Below, one piece after another: positions 1 through 14,800 of a stretch of DNA of 64,000 nt. The DNA is from the human T2T-CHM13v2.0 reference genome, Homo sapiens, in NCBI RefSeq assembly GCF_009914755.1, contig NC_060928.1, one strand, 5' to 3'. The notes under the pieces are model-generated. The model saw only the letters and a list, made by a program, of their open reading frames with translations, searched no databases and had not been told where the DNA came from. How positions within the stretch are numbered: the first letter of the stretch is position 1; every line of letters begins with the position of its first letter. The position numbers were made by a program, and so were the translations under genes.

Positions 1-226
1 ACATTGCCGTCCAAATGCAGGATTGCAGACTTTAAGACTCTCTGAAGATGTTGTTTGTGCCTTAAGTAAGGGTAGAAACCCAAGATGGCAGCACGTTATT
101 TATAACTGAGCACACCAGGAAACACTCTAATGTCCAACACAGGAAATTGGTTCAATAAATGAGGATCTACCTACAGGCCCGTCGACCTGGGTGGCCGTTA
201 CATAGCAGGCTGCTCGGTGAAAAGGT

Positions 227-1070
227 ATGTGTGAACACGCCCCCAATACACGCACACATCAACATACAACAAAACATACACATATCCCAACACAAACACA
301 TACACATCAATAAGCTCACCACACAGCAACACACACACACCCCAATACACATACCCCAAACACACACACACCCCAATATACACACACCCCAACACACACG
401 TCAACAAGCACACACCAACACACATATCAACACACACACACCAACATACACATCAACACATACACTAAAACACACACCAACATACACATCAACACATACA
501 CTAACACACACACCAACATACACACACCAACACACACACATCAACACACACATCAACACATACAACACACACCAACACATACACATATCAACAAACACAC
601 ACCAACACACATACACACACAGTAAGCACACCACATAGCAAGACACACACATATCCCAACACACACACCCCAACACATACACACATCAAAAAACACACAT
701 CAACACACATCAATGCCACACATCAATACGTACACTAACACACACCAACATACACACACACCAACACACACACAACACATACAACACACACACCAACACA
801 TACACATATCAACAAACACACACCAACACACACACCCTAACACACATACTCCAACAGTCACACCAACACATACAGCACACATACATCAATAAACACATCA
901 ATACACACACCCCAACATACATGCCCCACCATACAAACACATCAACGCATACAACACACACATCCTAAACACACACATCAACACATACATGAACACACAC
1001 ATATCAACACACACACCCCCAAAGAGATACACACCAACACACACCCCCCAACACGCACGGCCCGCACACT
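227..1070. repeat. Degenerate CA-rich tandem/low-complexity tract (ACAC, CATCAA, CCAACA units); UG-rich on the PPP2R2C sense (-) strand
   Basis: Directly visible; explains the spurious His/Thr and Cys/Val ORFs. Confidence 0.95.
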
Positions 1071-1638
1071 CCCTCGGGCGCCTTCCTGCACCCTGTACTT
1101 CGCAGTGACAACCCCGCCTCCGCATGGCTGCCCTGGTGGATTTCTCATGGCACTCGCCCCCAGTCGGGGTCTAGTTAACAGACTGACTCTGTCTGTCTGG
1201 GTCGGCCGCTCAGTGTGAGCCTCAAGAGTCACTGTCCGCTTGCCCACTGCTGCGACCCCAGGGGCCGGCCCAGTGCTGGCCACAGCGGGCACTCAACACT
1301 GTTGGCCCAGTGAGTAAACAACGCTCCTGGCTCCTGCCCCAGCTGCCTGACAAAGTGACCCTGCCACAGTCCACAAGGAGGTGGCGCAGGAAGGGGGCCT
1401 CACCCATCGGCCTGGGAGACAGGGGCGGCAATGGGGGCTGGTGGGGTGGGGCCAGGGCCCAGGCGGCAGGAGCCAGGGTCGGGGGCCCAGGGGCCAGAGC
1501 AGGGGAGGGACCGGATCCCAGCACGGTGGGGTCGGCTTCCCGCTGTCAGGCTGGCGCTGTGTCGGGCGCCTGTGACCCACAGCCCACGTCCCCAAGCTCA
1601 CCGGCGCTGCTGCCCGGCTGTGAGAACGGGCTTCTTAC

Positions 1639-1687
1639 CGGAAACTTCCATCAGCTGAGGTGGCCTCAACGTGTCCGCCTCACGCAT
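1639..1687 (-). CDS. PPP2R2C: PPP2R2C alternative N-terminal coding segment MREADTLRPPQLMEVS + 1 nt (phase 1), within a 107-nt exon 1745-1639
   Basis: - strand acceptor tttttttttctgattatag|AAG at 1745; ATG at 1687; 16 codons + G; donor CCG|gtaaga at 1639/1638. Phase 1 fits the shared B55 exon starting (A)DIISTVEF. Peptide matches my recollection of a B55-gamma isoform. Confidence 0.8.
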
Positions 1688-3287
1688 CCTGAGAGAGGTG
1701 ACTAACACAGGTCATTTCAAAAAAGGTCTTCTTTCTATTTTACTTCTATAATCAGAAAAAAAAACTAAAGTTGAGGAATCAAAGAGCCTTGGTGCATGCA
1801 CGCCGCCACACACCACATGCAACGCGAGCACCGCCACCCACGGCCGCCCTGGCCGCCGCCCGGCACAGCTCCAGCCAGCCCTGGGCCAGGGTTGGAAATG
1901 CCTCCCTCCTCCCGGCTGCAGGAGCCGCCTGAGCCTCAGCTTCCAAATCTGTGAAATGGGGACGACACACCACCTTCCCCTCGGGCTATTTTGGCCCCAA
2001 ATGGGGTTACTCCTCCCCATCTCCCGTCTGTCGTTTGTCTTCAAACTTCACCCCGCAGCAGCTATTTCCCCACAGCCTACGAAATCCCTCACTAGGGACT
2101 CCAGGTCACTCCCGCTTAAAAACATGGAACTAGAAGCCCCGCCCCACCCCATACAGGCCCACAGCCCACTCAGGCACAGGGACAGCTTTTCCTGGCCAAC
2201 TTCTGAGCCTGCGGATGAGAGCACATGGCCACTGAGGTCCCACTGTGGCTCAGCTGAACTGTCGCCACCTCCAGGAAGCCTTCCCTGATGCCCTGTGGCA
2301 GGGACAACACCCCACGCTGCAGTCCACTGAACTAATACTTACCTTGAGGTTGCTTGGCTGCCTTTATCACAGTGTTAGTCCCGCACCACCCCCACCCCTG
2401 ACAGCTTCTTTCCAGCTCCTTCCTTAGCATCTGACCATCATCTTTTCCCCACCTCACTCTGTGTAGCCTGAGGAAGGGATGAGGGTTAGGTAAATTATCA
2501 ACAGACACTGAAGGAGAGCCTCTCAGCCTCAAGGTGAAGGATAGGAACTATAAACCCGGGATTATGGAAGGAAACATTGCTGTTTCAGGGGCACACAAAG
2601 TTTTATGGGTAACTTCAAAGAAGGTAAGATGTTTAGAGATGACCCTGAGTTGAACAGATTTCAACAACTAGCATGCACAGTGCACTTTCCTCACTATGTA
2701 AAGAACTCTTACAAATCAACAAGAAGACAAAGATGAAAAGCTCTGTAGAAAAGTGAGAAAAGGAGACTCACCAGTCATTCACATAAAAAGAAACACACAC
2801 GAAGAAAGAAAAAGAAATAATTATTTAATCCACATAAGAAGAAAGGCAAGTGAAAAAAGGTGTGTCCACTCATCATTTTAAAAGAATGTGAATTAAACCA
2901 GAAACGTAGCACTTTTCAAATATGGCAGTGACCAAAAAAAGGCCCTGTGGCCCATACCCCGCAGGAGTGTTATCAGTGGGGAAAGCCCCTCCTGTGCAGG
3001 GTGGGTGCAGTGGAGAAGGGGGCAGCTCCACAGGGGACAATTTGACAATGTGAGGCTTCTCAATGCACAGGCCCCTTGTCTGCTAGGGATTCAGGTGTAA
3101 ATCTCACTCTTCTGTCAAGAACAATCATTTCCAGTGTTGTTTGTAATGGCAAGTATTGGTAAACGACATACATGGACATCAGCATGGACCTGGGGAAATA
3201 AGACATGGCCATCTATCAGTGGATGCTAAGCAACTGTTGAACAGGATGAGGCATTTCTATGTGTGTGTGCCAATATGGAAAGATATC

Positions 3288-3614
<327 letters not shown>

Positions 3615-3854
3615 TCATAGCATGGAGGTCTAAAAACAAAGGACACACACATAAATGCTCATCAGTGCAGAGAAATGTCTGGAGGATGCACAGGCGATTA
3701 CATGGGGAATGGCTCTGGGGTTGAAGGGAAAGGAGAGTGTGCCTTTCAGTTCACCTCTTCTGTTTGGTTCAAACATTGATTTTTACACACCTTCTAAAAC
3801 TTTGTTTTTAGTGGCATGGCAATTTACAGATTAACCCTTTCCATAAATATTATT

Positions 3855-4520
<666 letters not shown>

Positions 4521-5344
4521 AAAGTTCTGCATTCATCATTCCATTTAATCTTCCCAACGGCCCACTGAGGCGGGCACCCCTACAAGTTGAATGACTTGTC
4601 TCAGGTCCCACAGCTGGGGCGTCAGATTTGGGAATCAAACCCAGATTCCCCTCTTCCTGGCTCTTTACCCCACCCCACGGACGCTTCCTCGGGGTACAGA
4701 TATCGGCATGGAGAGGTGCCCGCCGCCCATCTGCCAAGTTCCACCGACACACAGGTGCATTGAGCCAAGTTCATCGTCCCCAGCGACGCAAGCGTTTCAG
4801 AGCAAAACGGAAACATACAAGGATGATTTAACAATCTGTGTTGATGGTGCTGAACACACCCAATGGTGGGAAGGGAACAAAATCAATCCCCTGCTATTTT
4901 CACTAGGCAAAGGAAAATGAGATGAGGTCACGTCATCTTCCAAACGCCAATAACACGGCAAATGAAATTATACAATAAAACCTCAAGTCATCCACCGTGG
5001 CAGCAGATGTTCCCTTGGCCAAAGGGGCTCAGGGTTCAGGCTTGGAGCGGTTGCACCACCCACACCACGTGCTACGTTCACGAAAGAGCCGGCCGCCAAT
5101 GCAGTCTGTCCCTCTAACTTGTTCTCGTTACAAAGGCAGCAGACGCGTGGAGCTGGCCGCTCCCCCGCACCGTCATGAAATGTCCTCCCGGCCCTGCTGC
5201 TTGAGCTACTCGTGGGCGGGGACCTTGTCGGTGTATCACTGCTGTTTCCCGGTACCTGCTCAGAGCAGGTGCTCCACAAATATCGAGCCCGTTACACAGT
5301 GAGTGATTTATTATACAGCTCAAACCTGCTTCTGACTTTCCACC

Positions 5345-5820
5345 AGGAAGGGCTAGATTGCTTCCCCCTAAAATCTGCATGCTGCAGTCTTCACCCCTAG
5401 AACCTCAGGATGTGATCTTATTTGGAAATAGGGTAGTTGCAGATTAAATGCATTGAGATGGCGTCATTAAGCTGAGTCCCTAATCCAATATGCCTGATGT
5501 CCTTCCAAAAAAAAAAAAGAGAGAGAGGGCGGAAATTTGGACACACAGACACACACACATAGGGAGAGTGCCGTGTGAGGATGGAGGTGGAGGTTGGGAT
5601 GAGGCTTCCACAAGCCAGGGAGTGGCACAGGTTGTGGGCAAAACACCAGAAGCCAGGAGAAGAGGCTGGGAAAGATTCCCCCCATAACCCTCAGAGGGCA
5701 CCAGCCCTGCCCACACTGTGACCTTGGACTTCTAGCCTCCAGAACTGGGGACAATACGTTTCTGTTGTCTTAAACCAGCCAGTCTGTGGACTTTGCTCTG
5801 GCGGCCACAGGGCACTCACA
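5345..5820 (+). mobile_element. MLT1-type MaLR LTR
   Basis: gatgtgatcttatttggaaatagggt...accttggacttctagcctccagaact motifs. Confidence 0.75.
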
Positions 5821-6424
5821 CATGTATTGTGTCACGCTTCACCGGTCTCTCTCCCAAGTCTAGTGTAACTTCCAGACTATTTCAATGACTGAGCTTTATA
5901 ATATGTTGTAACATCACAGAGGACGATTCCTGCCACTGCTTTCCTTCTCCCCTTCAAAAAATAAAGAATAAAAAAATCTACCATTCTGAAAGTTCTTCTC
6001 AAGCCCAGACTACAGAAGCGCCTGCCGACCAGGCAGTGGTCAAGGGTGGCAAGTGCGTGGGGAAATGGAAGAATCAGATCTGGGGTTTGCTGAGTGTCCC
6101 TGCAGGTGGAAGCTGCACTAGGCATTCCCGATTACCCTCGCTCAGCCTCACCACAACCTTGCGGGTGATACAGGAGTCTCCCCATACGACAAGTGAGGCC
6201 CCTGAGGCACAGAAACTAGATCTCCCCAAGCCCGTGCAGCTGTGTGGGTAGAGGGGTCTGGGTCCTAACCACCACACCACCCTATTCCACTAGAGAAGGC
6301 AGAAACTGGCCACGTGGCCACCTGCCCCAGGCCCGTGAGGACCCTGCAGTTAGCCCTGCCCTACTCTGTCGCCTGGCTCCAATGACACCACGCTTCTCAC
6401 TTTAAAGCATATGCAGTCTTTAAT

Positions 6425-7080
6425 CACAGCTTTATTGAGGCATAAGCCATATACCATACACTTTACTTTTATAAAGTGTACAATTCAGTAGTTTTAGTGT
6501 ATTCACAGAGCTGTGCAGCCCTCACCATGATTTACTTTTAAAACATTTCATCACCCCAAAAAGAAACCACATGTTCATTAATGGTCATTCCCCAAGCCCC
6601 TAGCCCCTGGTAACCACTAATCTGCTTTTTGTCTCTATGAATTTTCTGATTATGAACATCTCCTATAAATGGAATCATACACTATGTGGTCTTTTGTGTC
6701 TGGCTTCTTTCACTTAACATGATCTTAACATGATGTGTTCAAGGTTCATTGATGTTGTAGCGTGTGGCAGGGCTTCCTTCCTTTTTAGGGCTGTATAATA
6801 CTCCACTGTATGGATAGACCATATTTTGTTTACCCATTCATCAGTTGATGGACATTTGGGTTGTTTTCATTTTTGGCTACTATGAATAGTGCCACTATGA
6901 ACATTCATGTGCAACTTTTTGTATGGATGGATGTCTTCAATTCTCTTTGGTAGATGCCTAGGAGTAGAATTGCTGGGTCATGAGATAAATCTATGTTTAA
7001 CCTTTTGAGGAACTGCCAAACTACTTCCCAAAGTGGCTACACCATTTCACGTTCCCACCACAGTGCATAAGGGCTCCACA
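6425..7080 (-). mobile_element. L1M 3' UTR fragment
   Basis: cattcatcagttgatggacatttgggttgttt...agtagaattgctgggtca...ttgaggaactgccaaact. Confidence 0.85.
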
Positions 7081-7748
7081 CATGTGGTTTCTGCATGAAG
7101 ATGGGTGTGCTCAGAATGGTCTTTCCTTGTGCATCAGGGAGAGACTGATGGGGATACATGGGAAGAAAGCAAAAATCTCCATTTGGGCTTCCCAGCCTGT
7201 ATCAGTTAGGAGCTGTGTTAGAAAGCTAGGAAGAAATGTAGGGTTTTTCTCTTTTATAAAATAAAGCCAGAGGCCAGCAATCCAGCACTGGAGCAGAACT
7301 CTGTGTTGTGGTTAAGGCTCCAGATCCCTTCTGTCTATCTGCTTCTCCATCCTTAGCATATGGTGTCCTCAAGTCACTTCATGATTACAAAATGGCTGCC
7401 ATTGCTCCAGCCATCACATTCCAGACAAGAAGAAAACAAGAGGGAAAGGGCAGGGGCCAGCTGAGTCATTCTCTGTGGAGGATCTTTCCCAAAAGCCCCA
7501 CCCAGTGATCTCAGCTTATGTCCCATTGGTTAGAACAGGGTCCCATGACCACCTCTGCTGAATTACAGACCTGGGAATATGAATTTCAGCTGGACACACA
7601 GCCCCCTGATTTAAGTCAGGGCTGTTAGCCAGAAATCCAGGAAGAATGGATATTGGGAAGACAACCAGCACTGTCCTATCCTCCGTTCTCCAAAATAGCT
7701 GCCACCTGAGGGTTGCAGCATTTGGGAGTTACTAGAATACAGGTCAAG

Positions 7749-7773
7749 ATTAATTAATTAATTAATTAATTAA
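7749..7773. repeat. (TTAA)n microsatellite
   Basis: attaattaattaattaattaattaa. Confidence 0.9.
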
Positions 7774-7909
7774 TATCTGTTTCTCTCTGCCTGCTGTCCA
7801 CCACATAGGTTCCCTGTCACACAGGAGCGCTGGAGCAGAGGTGGACAGAGTGGTCAGATCCTCAAAAACCCTGCCCTGACCAGACCAGACCCTCGCAGGG
7901 GATCATGAG

Positions 7910-8200
7910 TTGTTTCGTTTGTTTGTTTGTTTGGTGAGACAGAGTCCCACTCTGTCACCCAGGCTGGAGTGCAGTGGCGCGATCTCAGCTCACTGCAACC
8001 TCTGCCTCCCAGGTCAAGCAATCCTCCTGCCTCAGCCTCCAGAGTAGCTGGGATTACAGACACCTGCCATCACGCTCAGCTAATTTTTGTATTTTTAGTA
8101 GAGTTGGCCAGGCTGGTCTCAAACTCCTCGCCTCAAGTGATCCACCCACCTTGGCCTCCCAAAGGGCTGGGATTACAGGTGTGAGCCACTGTGCCCAGCC
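7910..8200 (-). mobile_element. Alu with (TTTG)n tail
   Basis: Antisense Alu dimer. Confidence 0.9.
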
Positions 8201-8783
8201 ATGTGAGTCATTTTCTAACTTTAAAAAAAGGGAGGAGGGGAACCAAGTGGAATCCCTGAGAAGGCAGGAAATTGCTGACTGAGCTACTGATTCCCTCGCT
8301 GCATAGGTTCCGTCATCTAACAAATATTTCTCGAAGACCTAGCATGGGCTAAGCTGCCAAGTACTTTAAGGGATTCATGACAAATTCCTGTCCTTTATCC
8401 AGGAGCTAAGTCAAATGCACTCGTGATCACAATGAAAGACCACAGTACCCTCCAAAAGGGACAGTGACATTCTACAGAGCTTAGGGAGCAGTGCGCTCAC
8501 TCCCAGCCACCATGTGAACAAACTGAAGCCCAGAGAGGTGCTGTGACTGTCCCTGGTCGCCCAACAATAACCCCTGGAGATCTGCACTAAACAAGGCACG
8601 CCGCAGACAGAGGCCACACTGGAGGCAGAAGCCAGTCCTATGCCTAGGGGATGCTCCCCCAAACCTCATGATCATCTTCAAAAAGATTAATAAAGTCAAC
8701 AAACCTCCAACAACATTAACTAAGGAAGAATGCATTTGACAGGACAGAACACATTACAGAGATTTAAAAGATAACGCGAGAAT

Positions 8784-9110
8784 GGTTGGGCGCGGTGGCT
8801 CACGCCTGTATCCCAGCACTGTGGGAGGCCAAAGTGGGCGAATCACCTGAAGTCAGGAGTTCAAGACCAGCCTGGCCAACATGACGAAACCCTGTCTCTA
8901 CTAAAAATACAAAAAATTAGCCAGGCATGGTGGCATGGTGGCAGGCACCTGTAATCCCAGATACTAGGGAGGCTGAGGCAGGGAGAATTGCTTGAACCTG
9001 GGAGGCAAAGGTTGCAGTGAGCCAAGATCACACCACTGAACTCCCCTTGGGTGACAGAGCAAGACTCTGTCTCAAAAAAAAAAAAAAAAGAAAAAGAAAA
9101 AGAAAAAAAG
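8784..9110 (+). mobile_element. AluS
   Basis: Full dimer with A-rich tail. Confidence 0.9.
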
Positions 9111-9820
9111 ATCATGCTAGATTACTGTGAAAACTTAGAAGAAACAGATAAATTTCTAGAAAAATACAGCTCACTAACACTGACACGAGAAGAAATAGAA
9201 AACCAGACTTTGTGCTTCCACTGTAAAGTTTAAGTGAAAAAGCCACAACCTTAGATATTTACAACCCATTTGAACTCAGGATTCATGTGCAGAATATATT
9301 AGAAGGACAAAATTGTCGTAATCAATTTTTGGAAGACAACCCAACAGGAAAAAAAGCAGGGAGGCCTGCATTTCAAAGAACAGAAGCATGTTTGGCCAAC
9401 AGAGTGGACTCAGAGAGGGGCCACCCAGACGCCCGCAAGGAGGGATCTTTGCCGCAGCAGGCGGGGTGCTGTCAGGAGACACCTGCAGGGTGGATCGCCT
9501 CCTGTGACTGGGCAAGCGTGAAGAAGCAGCCATCTGGGCCCAAGGCAGGACGGCGTGGATGCACCACCGCAGCCCCTGAGCTCCTCACAGTCAGCCACAG
9601 CTGTCACTGGACTACAACTCGGCTCAGCTCTCCCTCTGCCCAATCCTGCTGCCTTCCCTCATCAATCAGGCATGGACCCCAAGAGCACGTCCTAATCGAC
9701 ACCCCACACACTGAATTCCACCCAGCTCAGCCTCTGCCTCCTATGGGCCAACCAGGGCAGCCAATGAACATGGTCACCAAAAAAAAATGGCAATGGTTAA
9801 AAAAACAACAACAAATACCA

Positions 9821-9960
9821 GGCCAGGCGTGGTGGTTCATGCCTGTAATCCCAGCACTTTGGGAGGCCAAGGTGGGCAGATCATGAGGTCAGGAGTTCGA
9901 GACCAGCCTGACCAACCTGGCCAAACCCCGTCTCTACTAAAAATACAAAAATTAGCTGGC
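9821..9960 (+). mobile_element. Alu left arm only (3' truncated)
   Basis: ggccaggcgtggtggttcatgcctgtaatccc...aaaattagctgg followed by unique sequence. Confidence 0.85.
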
Positions 9961-10734
9961 CTCTCCCCTGATGTCAGCTGCTAGCAGGACAGCTGGCCAA
10001 GGGACCCCTGAGAACCATGCTTAACCAAGCGGCTGACATGGAGACGGAGAAGCAGCTAGGGGCCACCCAGCTTGTCACATAAAGCGTGAGCGCGGAGTGC
10101 CAGGAAACAGGCTCCCTTGCCCTGCCCGTCCTGCTACCTATGACCTCACATCCCAGGCCTGGACATCCAGTTGCCACCTCATGACCATGAGCAAGAAACC
10201 CACACCTAAGATACAGCCCCAAGCAGTACTGGGGGTGGTAAAGCCGAGCATGTTTCTTTTACGTGGGTCTGCTCTCCGTAACACCCATGAGGAATCTCAT
10301 CTCTGACTTTCGGCCCCCGAGCTGAGCTGTCAACACAGCAGCCTTCACTCATCCAAGGATCTGCCTTCCATGGAAGACGCTCAAGTCCCCAGAGTGGACT
10401 GCCCACAAGGAGGGGAAAAAGAAGCCCAGTGTCCCCTACCCCAACCATCCTCACCCTGGCCCCATTTGTTTACTGAAGGACAAGAACCAGACTCAAAGAA
10501 AGAGGGTCTGGTCCAAGGCTGAGCTTGGCAGAGCAGAAAGACAGTGGAGCCTGGTTCCTGTTGGCCTCACCCAGCCAAGCCATGAGCTCTGGATGGCAGA
10601 CCCCTTGCCTTTTACGGTGAAAATGTTTTTGCAGCCCTATCTCTTTCAGTTCCAGCTACCGGAAGTCCCTCTAGTCAATTTTCCTCCTACTTGTAGATGA
10701 ATGCTTTCCTGGTTTATTATCATTATTATTTTTA

Positions 10735-11015
10735 GTTTTAGAGACAGGGTCTTGCTCTGTTGCCCAGGTTGGAGTGCAGTGGCATGATCACGGCTCACCG
10801 CAGCCCCAAACTCCTGGGCTCAAGTGATCCTCCCAACTCAGCCTCCTGAGTAGCTGGGATTAGAGGTGTGGGCCACCATGCCCAGCTAATTTTTGTTTAA
10901 GAGACGGGATCTCACTATGTTGCCCAGGCTGGTCTCTAACTCCTGGCCTCAAGTGATCCTCCTGCCTCAGCCTCCCAACGTGCTGGGATTACAAGAATAA
11001 GCCAGCACACCCGGC
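10735..11015 (-). mobile_element. AluJ-like element
   Basis: Antisense Alu with ctcctgggctcaagtgatcctccc. Confidence 0.85.
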
Positions 11016-14000
11016 TCCAAAAGCATTCCTAAATTGTATGTGATTATTTGCACAAAGTGTCCCCCTGTGCTCGGGCAGAAAAGGAAGAAGCATAAGCAAG
11101 AGTCTTCCTCTTGAAATAAAAACTGCTGGCCAGCTAACACCCTTCTCCCTGTGCTCTGCAACTGTGGATGCCCCAAAGAAGCAAATTAGCACAAACTCCC
11201 AGAAGCAAACCAATGCTACAATTGGAAAACAATGTCCCTGTCACTGCACAGTGAGGTTGATTCCAGGTTTATTTTGTGTTGCTCCTACTGTCAAATAATT
11301 CTTCAGTGAATTCAGGCAGAAGGAGATTTCTTAAATTTTTTTTTATAATTTCCTCAGGATAAATCCCCAAGAGTGTAAATGCAGTGTCAGGAAGGATGAC
11401 GACTTTTTCCAGTGCCTGCTGCCTAATGCCAGGCCGGTTCTCAAAGGGGTCCCCACAGCCTGGGGCTCTCCCGGGCTCACCCTCACCATACCAGCACCAG
11501 GAGATACGTTATTAATGAAAAAGTCAGGCCTATTGCCTCCTCCAGACATTTTGGAAAAGCTCACATAGTTTTTAGGGATTTGTTAAAAATTCATTTCAGA
11601 AGTTCTACCAACGCACCAGTATTTCAACAACTGCCTAAGTAAACAACAAAATGACTGAAATCGTGTTATAATTTATCATAGTAGCAGTGGAGCTCAAAAT
11701 CAATAAGTTAATTTACCTCCACTAACAAGGTGCTTTAGAGTCACAAGTGAGTACAAAATCAAATGCCTAAAAGGTGCAGGCCATGAGGGACCAGGTATGC
11801 CAGAAGACTAATCACCAAAAATTACTGTCTTAAGTCTCAGGTGTCATAAAGCCAGGCATGTTTCTTTTACATAAGTCTCTTTTCCATGATACCCATGAGG
11901 CTCAAGGCAGAGAACCAGACACCAAGGAAGAGGCTCTGGGACAAGGTCAGGGGGCCTGGTTCCCATCCCAGCTCAGACATGAATGCACTCAGCCATTCTG
12001 AACCAGTGGCTGCACCTCTCTGACATCAGTTTCTCCTATAGAATCTCTGAGCAACCCTCTTTTTCTAAGAATCCCCAATTCCCTGCCTGACTCTTGTTAG
12101 CTGGGGCACCTCGGGTGGGCAGTTTCATTCTTCAGGGCCTCAGTTTCTTCAGCTGTAAGGTAAACACAGTAAGGCAACGTTTGCTTCTCTCTTAGGGCCA
12201 TCACATGGATTCAAGCAAGATATTGTAGCAAAATCAGTATTTCGCTGACCAACATCTACTGTTGATTTAGCTACAAAGGGTTGTGGGAATAGAGGTAGAA
12301 AGCTATGGAAGGCAATGCCCCAGCACCACAGTTCCCTGGGTGGGGGGTGGGGGGGTTGCGTGGGGCAGTTTCCAGAGAAGCATGGAGAGATGGAGTTATT
12401 GGGACCCACAAAGCACAGAATCAACACGTGGCTAAACGAGAAGGGCCCTGAGAACGATAATAGCAGCTGTCGCTGACTTAGCATCAATGGTGCACTGGCC
12501 ACTGTATTCAGAGCTTTGGAGACATATCCATGGGAACTCTGCAAGGTCAGGTTTATGGTCAGGATCTTCCATAAGAGGAAGGCAAAAGGTTTCAAGTGTG
12601 GCTGCAGTACAGCCAGAGTCAAACCGGTGATCACGGGCAAGGCAGGGTTGAGTTGGACATCACATCTCCTGACTTCACACCTGGGAGGGGGTGCACTGGA
12701 GGGGCCGTTGACACACAGCATGTGCTTTAAAAAAAGTATTAGTAGTGGTCATAGCAATAGGAATAATAGTATCTTGAGATTACTAAAATCTGCAGCATCT
12801 CATTAATCCTCACAATAACTTCTTAAAGGAGCTGTGGTTATCATTCCCACTTAACAGATGAGAAAAAATCAAGGCTCAGGGATGTGCAATGACTAGCCGA
12901 GGGCCACACAGCTGGTGAGTGGTAGATTCTGACAAAGCCTTCTCAGGCCTGCACCCTTCACTAAGCATCTCAGCCGTCCCTTCTCTTTCCAACCTCAGGG
13001 ATGCAAAGGTTGGGGACCACATATTGGGAATATAAAACAGTATATTTCTTAGACCCAAAGGTGTGTTCGTTTTCAAAGGAACAGAAAACAGGGCTGAAGC
13101 CCTCAGGAGCTCCCGGGCCCATCATGTGCTCCACCCGCTGTCAGAATTTCAGCACCAAGAACAGCGACAGACTTAAATCATGGCGCCCTCTGGTGGTCCT
13201 TATGAAAAAGGGCAGGCCGTGAAGCGGGGGCTCTGCCGAGGGTCAGCCCGGAATCTTTGGAAAAGGGTGGGGACAAAAGATGGAAGAGGGGAGAAAAGGA
13301 AAGAGGGGAGGAAAGAGAGACGGGAAGAAGAGCAACAGCTAATGGCCCCCAAGCACAGGTAGCAGACAGCCTCTAAATGCTCCCAGCGGCTCACATTCAC
13401 CTGATAACCTGGGGTTGGGGGAGCATTTGGGGGAAACTTGTGCAAGCCAGACCTCGGCCTCTGAAAACATTTACTCATCTTCAAAACATGCAGTCACTCA
13501 GATTCGGCGATTATCAAGATTTTGCCACACTTGCTTCATCTCTCCCTTTTTTTTCTCTTGCCTATTTTTTCTTCACTGGAGATTTTAAAGTAAAATCACG
13601 CCCTTACACTTCAGCATGCATCTCTAAAAATATGGGCACTTCCTTACATAACCAAAATGCCATTATCACACCTAACAAAGCAACAATAGCTTCTTGGAAT
13701 CATCTAGTAGAGTCCCTAATCTAACTTTCCTGAGTGTCTCGGTGAAACCATAAGAAGGTATGATAAGGAAGCTAACCAAGGAAATAGCAGATTCTCGCCC
13801 TCGACCTCACTGGTCACCCTGTGCTCCAGTACCCGTGGGAACACTGGACACTGGGTGCCTTCTGGCGGGATGCACTGGGAAGCCCACCTCACCAATAACC
13901 AAGCATTCCTGCCAAGAAAAACAGGCCTGAGGCTCAATCTAATAAAAGCTCTGCGGATTTCTGATTATGAAAATAGAGGGGCAGGAGAGAAGTGCCCAGG

Positions 14001-14296
14001 GACACCACAGGGAAGCCATAGATACACCCAGAAGGCAGGACCTCCTACAGGATAAAGGACCCAGCGTCTGCAATGGGCCTGGGGCAGGTGCAAAGGGTGA
14101 TCTTTCAGCTAGTGGTGCTGAAACAACCGGACATCCATATGCAAAAACGCAACGGGACACAGGCCTCTCATCTCAGAGAAAAATTGGTTCAAAACAGATC
14201 ACACACCTACATGTGAAGCCTAAAACCATGAGACTTTTAAAAGTCTCAGATAAGCACATAAAAAGATGCTCAACATTTTTAACCATGGGGGAATTA

Positions 14297-14654
<358 letters not shown>

Positions 14655-14667
14655 TTAGGATGGCTAA

Positions 14668-14800
14668 CACTCAGCCTCTCTGAGCCTCCCGGTCCCCCAC
14701 TGGTGGAATGAGATGGATGACAACCCACCTTCTCCACCTCCAAGCTTCCTGCTCCCATCCTCACAGCCACCAGCCGGCACATCCCAAAGCACAGACACAA
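14668..14800 (+). repeat. 133-bp direct repeat, copy 1
   Basis: Matches 16528-16660 with 3 mismatches. Confidence 0.95.

Noticed and set aside
159-1125. His/Thr-rich and Cys/Val-rich ORFs
   Set aside because: Translations of the CA-rich repeat, with no gene structure
1596-1602. Second - strand donor CCG|gtgagc extending the 107-nt exon
   Set aside because: It would leave phase 2, out of frame with the common PPP2R2C exon
1688-1700. Internal acceptor-like ctctctcag immediately before the MREAD ATG
   Set aside because: Upstream reading frames joined here hit stop codons within a few codons, and nothing indicates it is used
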